55,319 bases of DNA from a virus (lineage: Duplodnaviria; Caudoviricetes). This document shows positions 17,819-27,324 of this stretch, piece after piece (within the stretch, counting starts at the first letter, position 1; each line of letters opens with the position of its first letter). The stretch lies in the IMG/VR virus record IMGVR_UViG_3300036835_000046, positions 1 through 55,319 of that record; one strand, 5' to 3'. Below the pieces are notes generated by a model. The model was not told the DNA's origin. It worked only from the letters and a program-made list of their open reading frames with translations, and did no database searches. Made by a program: the position numbers and the translations under genes.

Positions 17819-18571
17819 ATGTCACCTGACATCATCGAGAAGTACAGCAAGATCCGCGCTCGCTATCCCTTCATGCCCGCTTCCAGCGCCTTCCGCTGGG
17901 CCAAGCATCCGGACGCAGCAGAGGGGTGGGAGGCCAACACCCACGGCGACGTGTGGACCAAGGAGGTTGACGGCTTCGAGATCCGACTGACGGTCGAGGA
18001 CGAGTCGATCTTCCCGATCCCTGACAAGAAGGGTGACACCGACTACGGTCGGTACGCCGGGGAGGCGCACCGTCGCTACAACGACGACTATGACTGGGAC
18101 GGCCAGTGGGCACGCCCGGAGGAGCTTGCCTGCTTCTCGCTGGTCGAGACGACGGGCAGCAAGCCGCGCCGCCGCGAGATCATCTTCCCTTACACGGCGA
18201 TCCACTACAGCGGCCCCGGCTGGACGCAGAGCGAGGGCAGCGGCTACTTCATCCCCGATGGCATCAAGGACGAGTACGAGTCCTACCGCCGTCGCGGGGC
18301 CAGCCGTTCGGTGGCATGGGACATGACGTATCAGTTCATCGAGAGTCAGATCAAGATGCTGTTCTCGTCGCCGCTGACCAACTGCTGCGTCTGGGTCAAG
18401 GCGTACCGCAAGGGAGTTGACATCGAGCTTGGCTCGGCTTGCATGGGCACCGATGTCAGCGGTGATGACGAGGGCCGCGCCTACATCTTCGAGATGGTCA
18501 ATGACTATGGCATGATCTCGGAGGCCATCGAGGAGGCCAAGACCGCCATCGTCAAGATCGTGGGTGAGTGA
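17819..18571 (+). CDS. hypothetical protein
   Basis: GAGGAG RBS, codon bias. Confidence 0.8.
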   Translation: MSPDIIEKYSKIRARYPFMPASSAFRWAKHPDAAEGWEANTHGDVWTKEVDGFEIRLTVEDESIFPIPDKKGDTDYGRYAGEAHRRYNDDYDWDGQWARPEELACFSLVETTGSKPRRREIIFPYTAIHYSGPGWTQSEGSGYFIPDGIKDEYESYRRRGASRSVAWDMTYQFIESQIKMLFSSPLTNCCVWVKAYRKGVDIELGSACMGTDVSGDDEGRAYIFEMVNDYGMISEAIEEAKTAIVKIVGE

Positions 18572-18834
18572 TGGCGCTCATCCAGCCAGGCGACATCTTC
18601 GTCCGGCGCTACCCCAACCGCGAGGCGATCCACATGTACCTGGAGCGCGGCCTGGGTAGTGGCAAGCAGCCATACATCGTCCTGACCGGCATCACGACCG
18701 ACTCGACATGGGTCACGACGCGCGAAGGAGTCGAGCGTCGGCCGCGCCGCCAAGGTAGCAACTGGCGCTACGTCGGCACGGTGCCGCAGGGCTACATCCT
18801 GGAGTTGATCGAGCGAAGGACGTTCCGTGCATAG
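18568..18834 (+). CDS. hypothetical protein
   Basis: GTGA overlap. Confidence 0.65.
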   Translation: MMALIQPGDIFVRRYPNREAIHMYLERGLGSGKQPYIVLTGITTDSTWVTTREGVERRPRRQGSNWRYVGTVPQGYILELIERRTFRA

Positions 18835-19819
18835 GTTCGAGGACGCTGCGTTCCTGCAAGAGCAGCTTGCGCACAACATCCTCTCTGGCGGCTACCTGGG
18901 ACGGCTCTGCAACGGCTTCCAGGCCGAACGCTACCCCGATCTACCAAGAGGGGTTGTGCATAGCGTGACGTGGCACACGCTGAAGCGGGCCGACCCGATC
19001 TATGTCAGTGATGATGTCATGACGTTGTGGGAGCATGCCAGCGAGTCGTTCAAGACGGAGGTCTTCCGCCGCGACGATCTCATCATCCCGGCTGGGTTTG
19101 CCCTGCTCCCACGCCCTTTCACCATGATTGACATTCATGGCAAGAAGGTGGCCTACAGGGTGATCGCCTGGTTGCCGATCTCCCAGAACGAAACGTTCAA
19201 CTGGGACGAGGGTGCAGAGGGCCAGGGCGTCTGGATCACGCTGCTCTCGCACATGGATGACATCGATGACTACTGGCTTGCCACTCACACGCTCAGTGAT
19301 GGCACCAGCGGGGCGGTGATCCGCGAGGCGGCGCTGCTGATGAACGAGCCGTGGACACTGATGCACGGCTCTCCGATTCAGTTCGACCAGCCGCCTGCTG
19401 GCATCCTCCACGTCGATCCCGAGACGGGGGAGCGGCGCATCCTGGAGGGTGAGGAGAACGAGCGCGGTGCCAGCCTCTACGGTCACATCCAGTGCTTCTG
19501 GCGCTTGATGAGCCAACTGATCCTGACGCCTGAGCCGTTGCCACGACAAGCAAGGCGACAGCGCCAGCGAGCCGGGATCGTGGATCATGTCAAGGTGCTG
19601 CGCCTGCGTCGTCACAAGCACCCGCTACCGGACGACCATGAGCCGCAGGAGGCCAACTACAGCCACCGCTTCATCGTGGAAGGCCACTGGCGCAACCAGC
19701 AATATGGCAAGAAGGGCGAGGAAACCTACTACCGGCAGAAGTGGATCGCTCCTTATGTCAAGGGGCCTGACGACAAGCCACTCATCATCAAGCAACGAGG
19801 AGTCGAGTTCACCAGATGA
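18827..19819 (+). CDS. conserved phage protein with a C-terminal HxxxVxGHWR...WIxPYxKG motif
   Basis: HRFIVEGHWRNQQYG...KWIAPYVKGP; function unknown. Confidence 0.8.
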   Translation: MHRFEDAAFLQEQLAHNILSGGYLGRLCNGFQAERYPDLPRGVVHSVTWHTLKRADPIYVSDDVMTLWEHASESFKTEVFRRDDLIIPAGFALLPRPFTMIDIHGKKVAYRVIAWLPISQNETFNWDEGAEGQGVWITLLSHMDDIDDYWLATHTLSDGTSGAVIREAALLMNEPWTLMHGSPIQFDQPPAGILHVDPETGERRILEGEENERGASLYGHIQCFWRLMSQLILTPEPLPRQARRQRQRAGIVDHVKVLRLRRHKHPLPDDHEPQEANYSHRFIVEGHWRNQQYGKKGEETYYRQKWIAPYVKGPDDKPLIIKQRGVEFTR

Positions 19820-20232
19820 CAACCGAGATGGAACCGCTGTGCGACCTGCGTGAGAGCATGGTCGCCAAGTACGTGACGATCACCCACCGCAGGGCCGGAC
19901 AGACTGTCAGGGAGGAGCACTGGATCTTCACCCATGACAGCTACCCGCGCATCTTCCGCTGGGATGTCAACACGTTCATGCCCGGCCGGGGCCGTTACCA
20001 GATCGGTGACAGGCTGGAGTACACCGGCAAGGGACCGCAGTACGTCGAGGACGTGCCCATCGGCACGAAGGCGACGATCACCCATGACAATGGGTTTGAC
20101 TACCGCTACACGCTGACGTTCGATGAGCCGGTTCGGATCAGCTTCTCATCGCTGCATCCCGAGGGCGAGTTCGAGCCACGTGAGAAGCTGCGTAGCGGTG
20201 GCTCAGGCTGGACCAAGATCAACGACGACTGA
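19816..20232 (+). CDS. hypothetical protein
   Basis: ATGA overlap. Confidence 0.7.
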   Translation: MTTEMEPLCDLRESMVAKYVTITHRRAGQTVREEHWIFTHDSYPRIFRWDVNTFMPGRGRYQIGDRLEYTGKGPQYVEDVPIGTKATITHDNGFDYRYTLTFDEPVRISFSSLHPEGEFEPREKLRSGGSGWTKINDD

Positions 20233-20246
20233 GAGAGGAAGACGCT

Positions 20247-20735
20247 GTGTCTAGCGGCAAGACAGAGCAGACGTACTTCGACGCCCACCCGCTCAGGGTA
20301 GATGGCACTATGCCTCACAACTTGGGCGAGGAGGAGTTCCTGGAATGGCAGATCCTCAACGCGATGAGCGAGGACGCCTACTGGGAGAGCGTCAAGCTGG
20401 GCGAGGAGTTCGTCCAGTTCATCATCGACCACGGTCGTCCGGTGTCAACTGACAACCTGACGGACGACCAGAAGGGCTGGGCGAAGGCCGATTTCCCGCA
20501 GCACTTCCACAACGAGATGGCACGCTGGGTCGTGACCGAGGGCAGCGGCAAGGTGCAGCCCTACGTCGCCCGCATCTACGTCCATGACAGGACGTACCGG
20601 AGCCGCTGTGACTGTGAGCAGCCGGTGCGCAAGTTCTGGGGCACCCGCTGGGATGGCGTCAAGCTGATGCAGTGCCACAACTGCGGCGAGGTGCTGGAGT
20701 CCCTCGCCCGTACCAACCACGCCAACAGCAACTAG
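20247..20735 (+). CDS. hypothetical protein with C-terminal Zn ribbon
   Basis: CDC...CHNC. Confidence 0.7.
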   Translation: MSSGKTEQTYFDAHPLRVDGTMPHNLGEEEFLEWQILNAMSEDAYWESVKLGEEFVQFIIDHGRPVSTDNLTDDQKGWAKADFPQHFHNEMARWVVTEGSGKVQPYVARIYVHDRTYRSRCDCEQPVRKFWGTRWDGVKLMQCHNCGEVLESLARTNHANSN

Positions 20736-20743
20736 GAGGACAT

Positions 20744-20962
20744 GTGAAGTACATAGACATTCGTGTCGAGGTCAGCGAGGACGTGCTGCGCCAGCAGGTA
20801 TCGGCGCAGTCGATCCATGAGCAGGGGATAGTGACGGTGGCCGAGGAGGGGCTGCTCAGTTGCATGCTGGCTGACATTCCCTTCGTCACGTCAGGCGTCA
20901 TCCTGCGCAACAACGGCTTCGCCCATCTGCTGCCGGACGAGTCCACGCGGATGGAGCGCTGA
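20744..20962 (+). CDS. hypothetical protein
   Basis: AGGAGG RBS, GTG start. Confidence 0.65.
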   Translation: MKYIDIRVEVSEDVLRQQVSAQSIHEQGIVTVAEEGLLSCMLADIPFVTSGVILRNNGFAHLLPDESTRMER

Positions 20963-20963
20963 C

Positions 20964-21137
20964 GTGCGCGGCACAACGACAATCGAGTTGCCGTCACGTG
21001 TCGGCCCGATCACCGTCGAGGTCGGGCGGCGTGAGTGGGTGTTCGCCACCCCGGAGAGCGCCGACCGCTGGGCGATGCTCACCTCCGACGAGCACCAGGC
21101 GCTCCGCGAGCAGATCTGGAGCGGTCGTGGCGTCTGA
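20964..21137 (+). CDS. small hypothetical protein
   Basis: Hand-translated; fills the gap; GGAG RBS. Confidence 0.55.
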   Translation: MRGTTTIELPSRVGPITVEVGRREWVFATPESADRWAMLTSDEHQALREQIWSGRGV

Positions 21138-21303
21138 CTCGGTGATGACGGAGGCGCAGGAATCCACCTGGGCCTACATCAACAACTCCTGGCCCATTGA
21201 CACCTATGTTGTCGATGGGTCGGGCTACGTCCAGTTCGTCTGTGACGACGGCGACACCGGCTGGATCGATCCCGAGGGCGAGTGGGGATGGGATAAATAC
21301 TGA
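21127..21303 (+). CDS. small acidic hypothetical protein
   Basis: GGAG RBS; TGATG coupling to the next gene. Confidence 0.55.
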   Translation: MASDSVMTEAQESTWAYINNSWPIDTYVVDGSGYVQFVCDDGDTGWIDPEGEWGWDKY

Positions 21304-21617
21304 TGCCAGTTGGTGCCAATGTACCTGAACCGATGCGCTCTGCCCTCCTCGCCATGGAGGGCAGCGTGCAATCAACCAAGGCGTCACTCGCCTTCGCTGC
21401 CCCGGAGATGATGGATCAGTTCTGGGCGCAGCTACAGATGGACCTGGCCGACACGATGTTCACCCTGTACGACCGCTATGACAAGCTGCTGAAGGTCGCT
21501 GCGGCTGCTCTGGAGCGGACGGACGTGGGTGACGCCGAGGAGGCCACCGCGATCCTGAGGGCTGTCGTCAACCTTGACGGCACAGCCGTCGAACCCGAAC
21601 CCAAGGAGGACAACTAG
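21303..21617 (+). CDS. hypothetical protein
   Basis: Codon bias, coupled. Confidence 0.7.
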   Translation: MPVGANVPEPMRSALLAMEGSVQSTKASLAFAAPEMMDQFWAQLQMDLADTMFTLYDRYDKLLKVAAAALERTDVGDAEEATAILRAVVNLDGTAVEPEPKEDN

Positions 21618-21950
21618 ATGGACGAATACAAGTGGGGCAACGTCACGATGCTGGCGGACGGCCACCGGCTGTTCCAGGAGCTTGAGGAGCCGAAGCGCTA
21701 TGCCATCGCGGATGACAGCGGCCGCGAGCCGCAGGACTGCGACGACGGCATCCTCTGGCTCGACTTCGACCGCGACCTGGAGATCGGCAGTGACAACGGA
21801 CGCGAGATCTTCACGATCCCGGTGATCGTGGACCGTCAAGACGAGAACTCGCGCACGATCTCGAACGCCGCCACGCTGCTCTGGCTGGCCGTCAACGTGT
21901 CGTGGCCGCTGACGGTGGATCACACCACCTACGCCGTCCAGGAGGTGTGA
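21618..21950 (+). CDS. hypothetical protein
   Basis: AAGGAGG RBS. Confidence 0.7.
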   Translation: MDEYKWGNVTMLADGHRLFQELEEPKRYAIADDSGREPQDCDDGILWLDFDRDLEIGSDNGREIFTIPVIVDRQDENSRTISNAATLLWLAVNVSWPLTVDHTTYAVQEV

Positions 21951-21951
21951 C

Positions 21952-22149
21952 GTGATCGTTGTCATCAATCAGGGCAGCGAGCAGGCTGTCTTCGTCGGCG
22001 TCCAGCGGATCATCGAGGACACCACGCACAGCGGTCGCAAGATCGTCAACCTGCATGATGAAGTCGGCCTGGTGATTCCAGGCGGCGACGGCATCGACCT
22101 GACCAACACGGAGGTTTATCTCCTCCCGAATCCCGAAAGGAACAACTGA
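21952..22149 (+). CDS. small hypothetical protein
   Basis: AGGAGG RBS. Confidence 0.65.
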   Translation: MIVVINQGSEQAVFVGVQRIIEDTTHSGRKIVNLHDEVGLVIPGGDGIDLTNTEVYLLPNPERNN

Positions 22150-22150
22150 C

Positions 22151-22459
22151 ATGGCAAAGCTGACCGATGAGAAGTGGACGCTCGTCCAGCACAGCGCCTA
22201 CGGCTACCAGGAGAAGCCGGGGTGGGAGAACGCCGTCGAGACGCGGCGGCTCACCACCGAGGCCGAACTGAAGCGTGTGCAGGACGTGGGCGGCTTCGTG
22301 TTCGATGACTACAACGCGGCCGACAAGCAGGAGTACGACTCCAACTACCCGGAGGGTGCGGGCAGCCGTCTCACCTATCCGCGTGTCAAGGGCACGTTCT
22401 CCGACCGCGAGATCGACGGCCTCAAGATCTACATCCCTGTCAAGGTCGTGCTGGGATGA
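22151..22459 (+). CDS. hypothetical protein
   Basis: AAGGA RBS, codon bias. Confidence 0.75.
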   Translation: MAKLTDEKWTLVQHSAYGYQEKPGWENAVETRRLTTEAELKRVQDVGGFVFDDYNAADKQEYDSNYPEGAGSRLTYPRVKGTFSDREIDGLKIYIPVKVVLG

Positions 22460-22725
22460 GCGACGATGACAAGCTGGAGTACGAGGTCGAGGTCAGCGGG
22501 CGCACTGACCCGCGCATTGCTGAGGCTGCTGAGGCGCTGAGCACTGACACCGACCTCATCATGGGCGTGTCCCAGTTCGACGGTGAGGTCACCGTCCTCT
22601 ACACGCCCGATCTCAACAAGGGTGACAACACCGTGTGGCAGTCGAAGCTGACGCGCGGCACGGACGGCATCCTGATCCTGATCGAGTCCATCGCTCGCCC
22701 CGAGTGGTGGGAAAAGAACCGCTAA
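22456..22725 (+). CDS. hypothetical protein
   Basis: ATGA overlap. Confidence 0.7.
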   Translation: MSDDDKLEYEVEVSGRTDPRIAEAAEALSTDTDLIMGVSQFDGEVTVLYTPDLNKGDNTVWQSKLTRGTDGILILIESIARPEWWEKNR

Positions 22726-22745
22726 GTAGCAACAAGGAGAACAAC

Positions 22746-23129
22746 ATGAGCACTAACACGAAGATCACCCTGCCCTTCGGCTGCAACAAGGGCCTCCCCA
22801 ACGGCGTCGAGATCGCCTGGGGTGCCCGTCTGATCGCCCCGGCCGATCTGGTCTGGGACCGGCAGGGCTGCGCTGGCGGCGAGGAGGGTGGCCCCGAGCG
22901 CGCCGAACTGCTGGAGTGGATGAACGGCGGCAGCATGAATGAGGCGCGCGAGTTCTGCCGCCTGCATGGGATCGGCACGCCGTTCAGCAGCATCGCTGAC
23001 AGCCGCTCCGAGGATGTCATCCAGCTTTACAGCGACGGACAGGGCCGGATCTACGGCTCGCCGCAGGGCAGCCACGGCTACGTCTACGTCTGCGCCTACC
23101 TCTACAAGCACATGAAGACGAGCGAGTAG
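22746..23129 (+). CDS. hypothetical protein
   Basis: AAGGAG RBS. Confidence 0.75.
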   Translation: MSTNTKITLPFGCNKGLPNGVEIAWGARLIAPADLVWDRQGCAGGEEGGPERAELLEWMNGGSMNEAREFCRLHGIGTPFSSIADSRSEDVIQLYSDGQGRIYGSPQGSHGYVYVCAYLYKHMKTSE

Positions 23130-23471
23130 ATGGCGCGCGGGAAGCGACCTACCGCGCTGTCAACCAAGGCGTTGGCAGCATTCCTGACATGGAAGCAGTA
23201 CGACGTGCTGCTGCTGCTCCAGCAGGAGGGGGCGCTTCCCGCCTGGCAGCTTGCCAGCTTCATGGATGACATCCGGGAGTATGACAAGGGCCATGGCGGG
23301 GAGTTCTACATCTCCAGCACGCCTGCGTCAGTCGGCAGTACGCTGCGCTCACTGGAGCGCAGGCTGCTGGTGAAGCGCACGCGCCACACCCAGCCCCACT
23401 GGACGATCACGCCACGTGGGGAGACAGCGATCAACTTCCTCGCTGACAACATCACGGCAGGAAAGAGGTGA
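23130..23471 (+). CDS. winged-helix DNA-binding protein
   Basis: LTWKQYDVLLLL...SVGSTLRSLERRLLV...WTITPRG, a wHTH pattern. Confidence 0.65.
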   Translation: MARGKRPTALSTKALAAFLTWKQYDVLLLLQQEGALPAWQLASFMDDIREYDKGHGGEFYISSTPASVGSTLRSLERRLLVKRTRHTQPHWTITPRGETAINFLADNITAGKR

Positions 23472-23475
23472 CAAT

Positions 23476-23733
23476 ATGCCTGCTCTAAATGAGCAGCGGC
23501 AGGAGCGCCGCGACGACTTCAACGAGGTTGTCGGCCACAACATCCGTGTGCTGCGCAACCGCAAGGGGATCGCTCCTGCGGAGATCGCCGCCGCTGCTGA
23601 CATCGACTACTCGAAGCTGTACGCCGTCGAGGCGGGACAGCGTTCGTTGAGCTTCTACGAGGCGTGCCTACTGGCTGACTGCCTCGAAGTGAGCCTGGAG
23701 TACCTGACCAAGCGCAAGCTGGCAGTTCGCTAG
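23476..23733 (+). CDS. XRE/Cro-C1 family HTH regulator
   Basis: VGHNIRVLRNRKGI...EIAAAADID...VEAGQRSLS...LADCLEVSLEYL. Confidence 0.85.
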   Translation: MPALNEQRQERRDDFNEVVGHNIRVLRNRKGIAPAEIAAAADIDYSKLYAVEAGQRSLSFYEACLLADCLEVSLEYLTKRKLAVR

Positions 23734-23759
23734 ACAATCCCCGACCGGGGTGCTATGAT
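23731..23759 (+). promoter_or_regulatory. sigma70/SigA-type promoter
   Basis: TAGACA-17 bp-TATGAT with an extended TG. Confidence 0.65.
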
Positions 23760-23792
23760 CCCTGTATGCCCAAACACGTCCGAGGAGGACAC

Positions 23793-24053
23793 ATGATCGG
23801 CTACATCGTCAAGGTCAAGGTCAGTCTGAGCCGCGACCCCGAGTGCAACCCCTTCACGCTGGTCGAGAGCCGTGATTTCGGCATCGACCGCCCGACGCCC
23901 GACAAGCTCAAGGCGTTCATCCAGGAGTGCCGCCAGCGCTACATGGATACCTACCCGACCAGGCAGGGCCGTCCGATCATGGACGCGCTGCTGCCGACCG
24001 ATGTCGAGGTCATCGACCTTGACACTCTGGAGAAGCTGGCGGTGGCGTCATGA
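23793..24053 (+). CDS. hypothetical protein
   Basis: GAGGAGG RBS; a leaderless start at 23766 is also possible. Confidence 0.7.
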   Translation: MIGYIVKVKVSLSRDPECNPFTLVESRDFGIDRPTPDKLKAFIQECRQRYMDTYPTRQGRPIMDALLPTDVEVIDLDTLEKLAVAS

Positions 24054-24232
24054 TCTTCCGCTTCGTCGTTGACGTGGAGGTCGAGAAGGAGAGCGGCAAG
24101 TTCGCCAGCCGCGACGAGATCGCTGAGAAGCTGATCGAGGCGATCACCGACGCCGACCCGCAGCAGATCGACACCGACAACGACGCCCTCTACAACACGA
24201 CCAACTGGGATGTCCAGGAGGACAGCAAGTGA
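24050..24232 (+). CDS. small acidic hypothetical protein
   Basis: ATGA overlap. Confidence 0.7.
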   Translation: MIFRFVVDVEVEKESGKFASRDEIAEKLIEAITDADPQQIDTDNDALYNTTNWDVQEDSK

Positions 24233-24507
24233 CAAGCACACAGACACCGCCCCGCGACAACACCAAGCACGAATGGGAATTCGTGCCCATCGTCGGCGGC
24301 GTTCACAAGTACCCGGCTCGCTACGTCGGCCAGTGGAAGCGCGAGGAGACGGGCCAGCGCAAGGCCATCGTCGCCGCCCGCGACTACATAGCTGCTCATG
24401 AGGACGTGGAGCGCTGCCACATCTACCACACCCACCCTTCGCCGGGGCCGGTCAGCCGCTACTGCGGCATCGTCACCCGCGACGGCAAGTTCCGTCAGCC
24501 CAACTGA
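24229..24507 (+). CDS. hypothetical protein
   Basis: GTGA overlap, AGGAGG RBS. Confidence 0.7.
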   Translation: MTSTQTPPRDNTKHEWEFVPIVGGVHKYPARYVGQWKREETGQRKAIVAARDYIAAHEDVERCHIYHTHPSPGPVSRYCGIVTRDGKFRQPN

Positions 24508-24508
24508 C

Positions 24509-24997
24509 ATGGCTGGCGAGGAGAAGATGTATATCGAGGTGACATTCAACCGTCACCTCGACTCCGATGCGGATCGCAACCGCTTCGCACAACTGCTGGC
24601 CGACCAGTTGGTCAACGAGTACGGCGACATGCCGGGGATGCCCTCCAGCTACGGCCAGCGCATCACCAAGCGTGGCTGGGGCATGGGGCAGTCGATGGTC
24701 ATCGACCTGCGGCGCGTGGACGGCGGTGCGCACATCGCCAAGCGTGCTTACATGAACCAGGATCTCGTCGTCAAGCTCAGCAGCGGACTGGGGGCGATGG
24801 CTCCTGAAGATCCTGTCAAGGGCCGCTTCTTCCTCCGTGGCAGGGTCGTGGAGGGGATCAAGTCAGCAGTCGGCAGGCCCACCCGCATCGACCTGACGTT
24901 CGCTCAGGCTGAGGGCTTGTGCAACCGGCTGGCAGATGCGATGCTCCGACATCCCAAGTGCGGGATCAGTCCCGCCGTCGAGGAGGACGACGACTAG
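24509..24997 (+). CDS. hypothetical protein
   Basis: TGA-C-ATG junction. Confidence 0.7.
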   Translation: MAGEEKMYIEVTFNRHLDSDADRNRFAQLLADQLVNEYGDMPGMPSSYGQRITKRGWGMGQSMVIDLRRVDGGAHIAKRAYMNQDLVVKLSSGLGAMAPEDPVKGRFFLRGRVVEGIKSAVGRPTRIDLTFAQAEGLCNRLADAMLRHPKCGISPAVEEDDD

Positions 24998-24999
24998 CA

Positions 25000-25569
25000 A
25001 TGGCGAATCCATATCTACCCAAGGGCAAGGGAGGTGCAAAGCGCCGCTCGAACCCCTGGGACCCCACTGGCAACGGTCAGCCGCAGGCTGGGCTGGCCGG
25101 ACTGCTGTCACGTGGCCCGAAGCAGAGGCCGGTCCCGAAGCCGAAGACCAAGGAGGACTTCCGGCACGGCGGCTTGCTGTTCCATAATGCCAAGCTGCTT
25201 GGCGAAGACATCCGTGGCTACAAGGATGGAGTCTTCAGGCCCTTCGGCAGTGTGGATGTCAGCAATGGCGACATGACCTACACGCTCCACAACACCTACG
25301 GGTCGTGGATGGCGAATGTGGGCAGGAGCCACAACATGATGGAGATGGCGGCGGTCAGCCGAGCGATGGGCATCACCATGGGCACCGTGGAGATGTACCA
25401 CAACCTCGTCGCCCGCTTCGAGGCCGAGTTGAAGCTGCTCGGCGTCCCCACGCTCGCACAGCAGCGGCGCGAAGTCGAACGCCAGCACGAAGCAGCACGT
25501 AAACGTACACGACAGAAGGAGGCAGCGTTGCACGACGAGAACCCCTGGGTCAAGAAGGCCAAGAAGTGA
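25000..25569 (+). CDS. basic hypothetical protein
   Basis: GAGGAGG upstream, codon bias. Confidence 0.75.
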   Translation: MANPYLPKGKGGAKRRSNPWDPTGNGQPQAGLAGLLSRGPKQRPVPKPKTKEDFRHGGLLFHNAKLLGEDIRGYKDGVFRPFGSVDVSNGDMTYTLHNTYGSWMANVGRSHNMMEMAAVSRAMGITMGTVEMYHNLVARFEAELKLLGVPTLAQQRREVERQHEAARKRTRQKEAALHDENPWVKKAKK

Positions 25570-25658
25570 ACTACGGCCAGGTCTGGGCCTTGTGCTTCTG
25601 GGGCTTCATCATCCTGCTCCTGCTAGGCGTGGGCAGCGCCACCTACATGGGCGTGTAA
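25566..25658 (+). CDS. 30-aa single-pass membrane peptide
   Basis: Hand-translated MNYGQVWALCFWGFIILLLLGVGSATYMGV; GTGA overlap. Confidence 0.5.
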   Translation: MNYGQVWALCFWGFIILLLLGVGSATYMGV

Positions 25659-25660
25659 AC

Positions 25661-25933
25661 GTGCCTGTCAAGGCGAAGTCAGCGCGGCGACCGTACAGCG
25701 TGCAGATGCGCGCCAAGCCGTTTCGCTTGGTCGTACTGGACGGGCTGGGCGTGGACTGGATCGAGGTGTCCGTGTCTGCCTACCCACATGACGCAGGACC
25801 GGCACTCGACTTCCACAAGCTCGGCATCCACCGCGAGCCGCAGCACCTCATGACGCTGCCACTGCCAGCCGTCAGGGGCCTTGTCCGGCTCCTGCCCACC
25901 GCCATCAACGCGGCCTACAGAGCCAAACCGTAA
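25661..25933 (+). CDS. hypothetical protein, possibly a PC4-like ssDNA-binding fold
   Basis: Beta-strand pattern WIEVSVSAY...LDFHK followed by TLPLPAVRGLVRLL; weak. Confidence 0.5.
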   Translation: MPVKAKSARRPYSVQMRAKPFRLVVLDGLGVDWIEVSVSAYPHDAGPALDFHKLGIHREPQHLMTLPLPAVRGLVRLLPTAINAAYRAKP

Positions 25934-25952
25934 CCGCGTTGCCACAGCGCCC

Positions 25953-25980
25953 TTGATACTTTCGTCCAGGTCGCTATAGT
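25953..25980 (+). promoter_or_regulatory. sigma70/SigA-type promoter
   Basis: TTGATA-16 bp-TATAGT upstream of the 26057 gene. Confidence 0.5.
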
Positions 25981-26056
25981 CTTTCCACCGCCCGACCGAT
26001 ACAGTGGTCAGGCAACACCGTCAACCGCAATACCAAACCCAATCGAGGAGGCCAAC

Positions 26057-26665
26057 GTGCCCATCACCATCCGCTCCAGCCGCAAGCCCGCCAAGGCGAC
26101 CGGCAACAGCCGTACCACGTCCACCCGGACGCGCACCACCCGCTCCGCTGCCAAGCCGTCCACGGCTCGGACGCGCAAGCCCGCCGCGAAGCAGACCGCC
26201 GCGAAGACCAACGGCGAGGTCGAGACGCGCATGACCCCGCCCGAGGGCATGACGGCGCGCGAACTCGCCACGTACGTCAAGAACGCGGAGAAGCTGGCCG
26301 CGCGGCGCGACAGCATGCGCGAGGAGATGGACGAGGTTGTCAAGGAGGTTCACACCCTCGCCATGGAGATGCTGGTCGAAGGGATCAGCATGGCCATCGT
26401 CAGCAAGACCCTGGGCATGTCGCGCCAGTGGCTCTACAAGCTGATCGAGGACAACGACCTCAACACCAACGCCCGCGACAACGGCGGGCGGGCCAAGAGC
26501 AAGCGCGCGAGCCGCAGCAAGCCCGCCGCGAAGCCCACCGCCCGCAAGAGCACGGCCCGCAAGAGCGCGGCCAAGAAGACCACCACACGGGCGCGGCGCG
26601 GCTCCAGCAAGCCCGCCAGCAAGGCCACGGCCAGCCGGGGTCGTCTCTCGATTCGCTCCCGCTAG
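26057..26665 (+). CDS. HTH DNA-binding protein with H1-like basic tails
   Basis: Central SMAIVSKTLGMSRQWLYKLI HTH; Arg/Lys/Ser/Thr-rich termini; GAGGAGG RBS. Confidence 0.8.
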   Translation: MPITIRSSRKPAKATGNSRTTSTRTRTTRSAAKPSTARTRKPAAKQTAAKTNGEVETRMTPPEGMTARELATYVKNAEKLAARRDSMREEMDEVVKEVHTLAMEMLVEGISMAIVSKTLGMSRQWLYKLIEDNDLNTNARDNGGRAKSKRASRSKPAAKPTARKSTARKSAAKKTTTRARRGSSKPASKATASRGRLSIRSR

Positions 26666-26813
26666 GAGTGGGTAGGTAGACCAAGCCCGCCGCGTCAGGT
26701 GTGGCACGGACTGCCCTGGCCTTGTGCCTGCGTAGGCGGGCATCACGGAAGATGACGTAAGTGGAGCGCCCGCCTAGTGCGGGCGTTCTGCTGTTCTGAC
26801 AGCTAGGAGGACA

Positions 26814-27029
26814 ATGCGCATCCAGGATGCCAAGCGTGAGATCGAGCGTTCGCTCGGCCGTCGTGTCAATGTGATTGACCACGGTCGGATCGATCCCAAC
26901 GTGCTGGCGATGACCACCGAGGACACGCTGGAGGTGAGCGGCGTGAAGCAAACGTCAGTTCGCTTGACAACATGGTCGGGTGACAAGCAGACCCACCAGG
27001 CGATCCTCTCAACCGTGAATGAGAGGTGA
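26814..27029 (+). CDS. hypothetical protein
   Basis: AGGAGG RBS. Confidence 0.65.
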   Translation: MRIQDAKREIERSLGRRVNVIDHGRIDPNVLAMTTEDTLEVSGVKQTSVRLTTWSGDKQTHQAILSTVNER

Positions 27030-27313
27030 CAGCAGGCACGTTCAGCCGACGCGCCAGGCTCAACGACATGCACCTCCACCACGTCAACGTACAGAAGGCT
27101 GCTCACTACCTGGGTGACATCGTGGTCTGCACTCTGCACGATGGCAAGTTCGTTTACGGTCGTGTAGACGCCGTTGACGAGTGGAAGGTGTATCTCGGGC
27201 GAGCGCAACCACCCAATGCAACAGATGTCAAGCTCCATGATGTAAAGGAGATTGACTACTACCGGGGTCCGGAGAGCCTTCCCGGCACCTCGACAGTCAC
27301 ACCGGGATCGTAG
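27026..27313 (+). CDS. hypothetical protein (SH3/Sm-like)
   Basis: GTGA overlap; GDIVVCTLHDGKFVYGRV. Confidence 0.6.
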   Translation: MTAGTFSRRARLNDMHLHHVNVQKAAHYLGDIVVCTLHDGKFVYGRVDAVDEWKVYLGRAQPPNATDVKLHDVKEIDYYRGPESLPGTSTVTPGS

Positions 27314-27324
27314 GTCAGATCCCG

